Source: Candidatus Saccharimonadota bacterium
Lineage (GTDB): Bacteria; Bacillota_I; Bacilli_A; Mycoplasmatales; Hepatoplasmataceae
DNA length: 32,000 nucleotides
Assembly (NCBI RefSeq): GCF_000582535.1
Contig: NZ_CP006932.1
Location: forward strand, 30,001 to 62,000
Direction of reading: 5' to 3'
Part shown: positions 30,112 through 32,000 of the stretch, in pieces
Numbering within the stretch: the first letter of the stretch is position 1
How the letters are laid out: each line of letters opens with the position of its first letter
Program-made: the position numbers and the translations under genes
The notes under the pieces: model-generated
The model's database searches: none
What the model saw: the letters and a program-made list of their open reading frames with translations, nothing else
What the model was told of the DNA's origin: nothing

Positions 30112-31464
30112 ATGGAAATAAAAGAAGCATTACAAAAGAAAAATATAAATAAAGAATTAGAAATTTCAGGTTGAGTTAGATTTAATAGATCTTCAAAAAA
30201 AATTGTCTTTATTGATCTATATGATGGTTCAAATTTAAATGGAATTCAAATTGTTTGTAAAGAAGAATTATTAAATAAAAAAGATTTTAATCTTTTATTT
30301 AAAGCTCCTCTTTATTCTGCTTTTACTTTAAAAGGAAAAATTATTTTTAATATTAAAAAAGAAAAATATGAATTCTGGCCTTTTAAAATTGAATATTTTA
30401 GTTTTTCTGATTCAAAATTTCCTCTAGGAAAAAAAGATCATACCTTAGAATTTTTAAGATTACAATCTCATTTAAGAATTAGAACTAAGTTGTTTCAATC
30501 AATAATGAAAATTAGATCTTATTGTAGTCAATTAATTCATTTGTATTTTATGAAAAATGAGTTTTATTATATTCATACACCAATAATTACAAAAAATGAT
30601 GCTGAAGGAGCAGGCGAAACTTTTTTTGTAAAAACAAAAAATAATCAATCCTTTTTTAATAGTCAAGGAACATTAACAGTTTCAGGACAATTGCAAGAAG
30701 AATCATATACTCAAAGTTTAAAAAAAACTTATACTTTTGGTCCAACTTTTCGTGCAGAAAAATCAAATACTCCAAGACACGCAAATGAATTTTGAATGAT
30801 AGAACCAGAAATAGCTTTTGCTGATTATTTTAAAGCTATGGATTTAGGGGAGAATCTTTTAAAGTTTATAGCAAAAAAAATATTAAATAATTATTTAGAA
30901 GAATTAAAATTTTTAGAAAATTATTTTAAAACTAATTTAATAGAAAATTTACAAAATATAATTAAAAAAAAATTTAATAAAATAAAATATGAAGAAGCAC
31001 TTAATATTTTAAAAGAAGGTAAATTAAAAGATAAAATTTTTCTAAATGATAAATTTAATTTTGGTGATGAATTATCAACTGAACATGAAAAATATCTTGC
31101 TGAAATTTATGAAAAAGGACCGATTTATATTTATGATTATCCATATAAAAATAGTTCTTTCTATATGTATAAAAATAATGATAATAAAACAGTTCGGGGA
31201 TTTGATTTATTAGTTCCAAAAATTGGTGAATTAATTGGAGGATCTCAAAGAGAAGATAATTATGAAAAATTAATTAATATAATAAAAGAAAAAAAACTGG
31301 AATTAAAAGAATTAAATTGATATTTAGATTTAAGAAAATATGGATATGCTAAATCTTCAGGATTTGGAATTGGTTTTGAAAGATTAATTATGTTTATTAC
31401 AGGAGTAGAAAATATTCGCGATGTTTTACCATTCCCAAGAACACCAGGAAAATTGGAGTTTTAA
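30112..31464 (+). CDS. asnS: asparagine-tRNA ligase
   Basis: Same-frame fragments are joined via TGA, giving 450 aa. Motifs are [28 protein letters not shown] (the W is TGA-encoded) and [12 protein letters not shown]. Confidence 0.92.
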
Positions 31465-32000
31465 ATGGATCAAAAAATAGATAAAAAAGTTGTAATGGCA
31501 ATTGAAACATCTTGCGATGATACATCAATTGCTATTTTGCGTAATGATATAGTTATTTCTCAAATTACCCATTCTCAAATAGAAAATCATAATAAATTTG
31601 GTGGAATAATTCCTGAGCTTGCAGCAAGATTACATTCAAAAAATATTTTTAATTTAATTATTGAAGCCTTAAAAGATTGTTCTTTAAATTTAAAAGATCT
31701 TGATTCAATAATAGTAACAGAAGGTCCAGGCTTAATAAATACATTACAAGTTGGGTTTTTAGTAGCTAAAAGTTTAGCTTATGCTTTAAATATTAAATGC
31801 TTTAAAGCTAATCATTTAATAGGACATGCATATTCTCCTTTTATAAATGAATCAATAAATAAAATACCAAATAAAGCAATTACTTTAATTATTTCGGGAG
31901 GACATACAATTATTGCAATTAAAAAAAATCATAATTTTGAAATAATTGGATCTACAAGAGATGATGCAATCGGAGAAGTTTATGATAAAGTTGCAAGAAT
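31465..32000 (+). CDS. tsaD: tRNA t6A37 N6-threonylcarbamoyltransferase TsaD, 3' end outside window
   Basis: VMAIETSCDDTSIAIL...GGIIPELAARLH...VTEGPGLINTLQVG...ANHLIGH. Confidence 0.92.
   Translation, partial: MDQKIDKKVVMAIETSCDDTSIAILRNDIVISQITHSQIENHNKFGGIIPELAARLHSKNIFNLIIEALKDCSLNLKDLDSIIVTEGPGLINTLQVGFLVAKSLAYALNIKCFKANHLIGHAYSPFINESINKIPNKAITLIISGGHTIIAIKKNHNFEIIGSTRDDAIGEVYDKVAR

Overview
Extremely AT-rich Mollicutes-type chromosome segment that uses genetic code 4 (UGA=Trp). The supplied ORF track stops at TGA, so most genes appear fragmented; I re-joined them by reading through in-frame TGA codons. Nt 1-19.7k and 29.0-32k are a densely packed, almost entirely plus-strand housekeeping backbone: ssb-rpsR, a GdpP-type c-di-AMP phosphodiesterase, dnaB, secG-rnr-smpB-ssrA(tmRNA), a multi-TM degenerate GGDEF/EAL-like protein followed by a single-TM diadenylate cyclase, deoD, mgtE, tRNA-Ser, a cls-like PLD protein, tRNA-Gly, ptsI-crr-ptsH, rpsL-rpsG-fusA, tRNA-His, and tsaE-tsaB-asnS-tsaD. 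Nt 19.7-29.0k look accessory. They hold a glycan or phospho-glycolipid locus, notable in a presumably wall-less organism: galU, two diverged licD paralogs, two diverged tagD-like cytidylyltransferase paralogs, a GT32-like and a GT2 glycosyltransferase, an alpha/beta hydrolase, an overlapping pair of paralogous 3-TM mini-proteins on the minus strand, an orphan minus-strand ORF, and an Abi_2/HEPN-like (R-x4-H) abortive-infection candidate wedged between the two licD-tagD copies. Other points of interest are a -1 frameshift in rnr inside an A11 tract, degenerate catalytic motifs in the cls-like protein, and an exact 15-bp tandem duplication of the SSB C-terminal tip. All family assignments rest on by-eye motif recognition; no searches were run.
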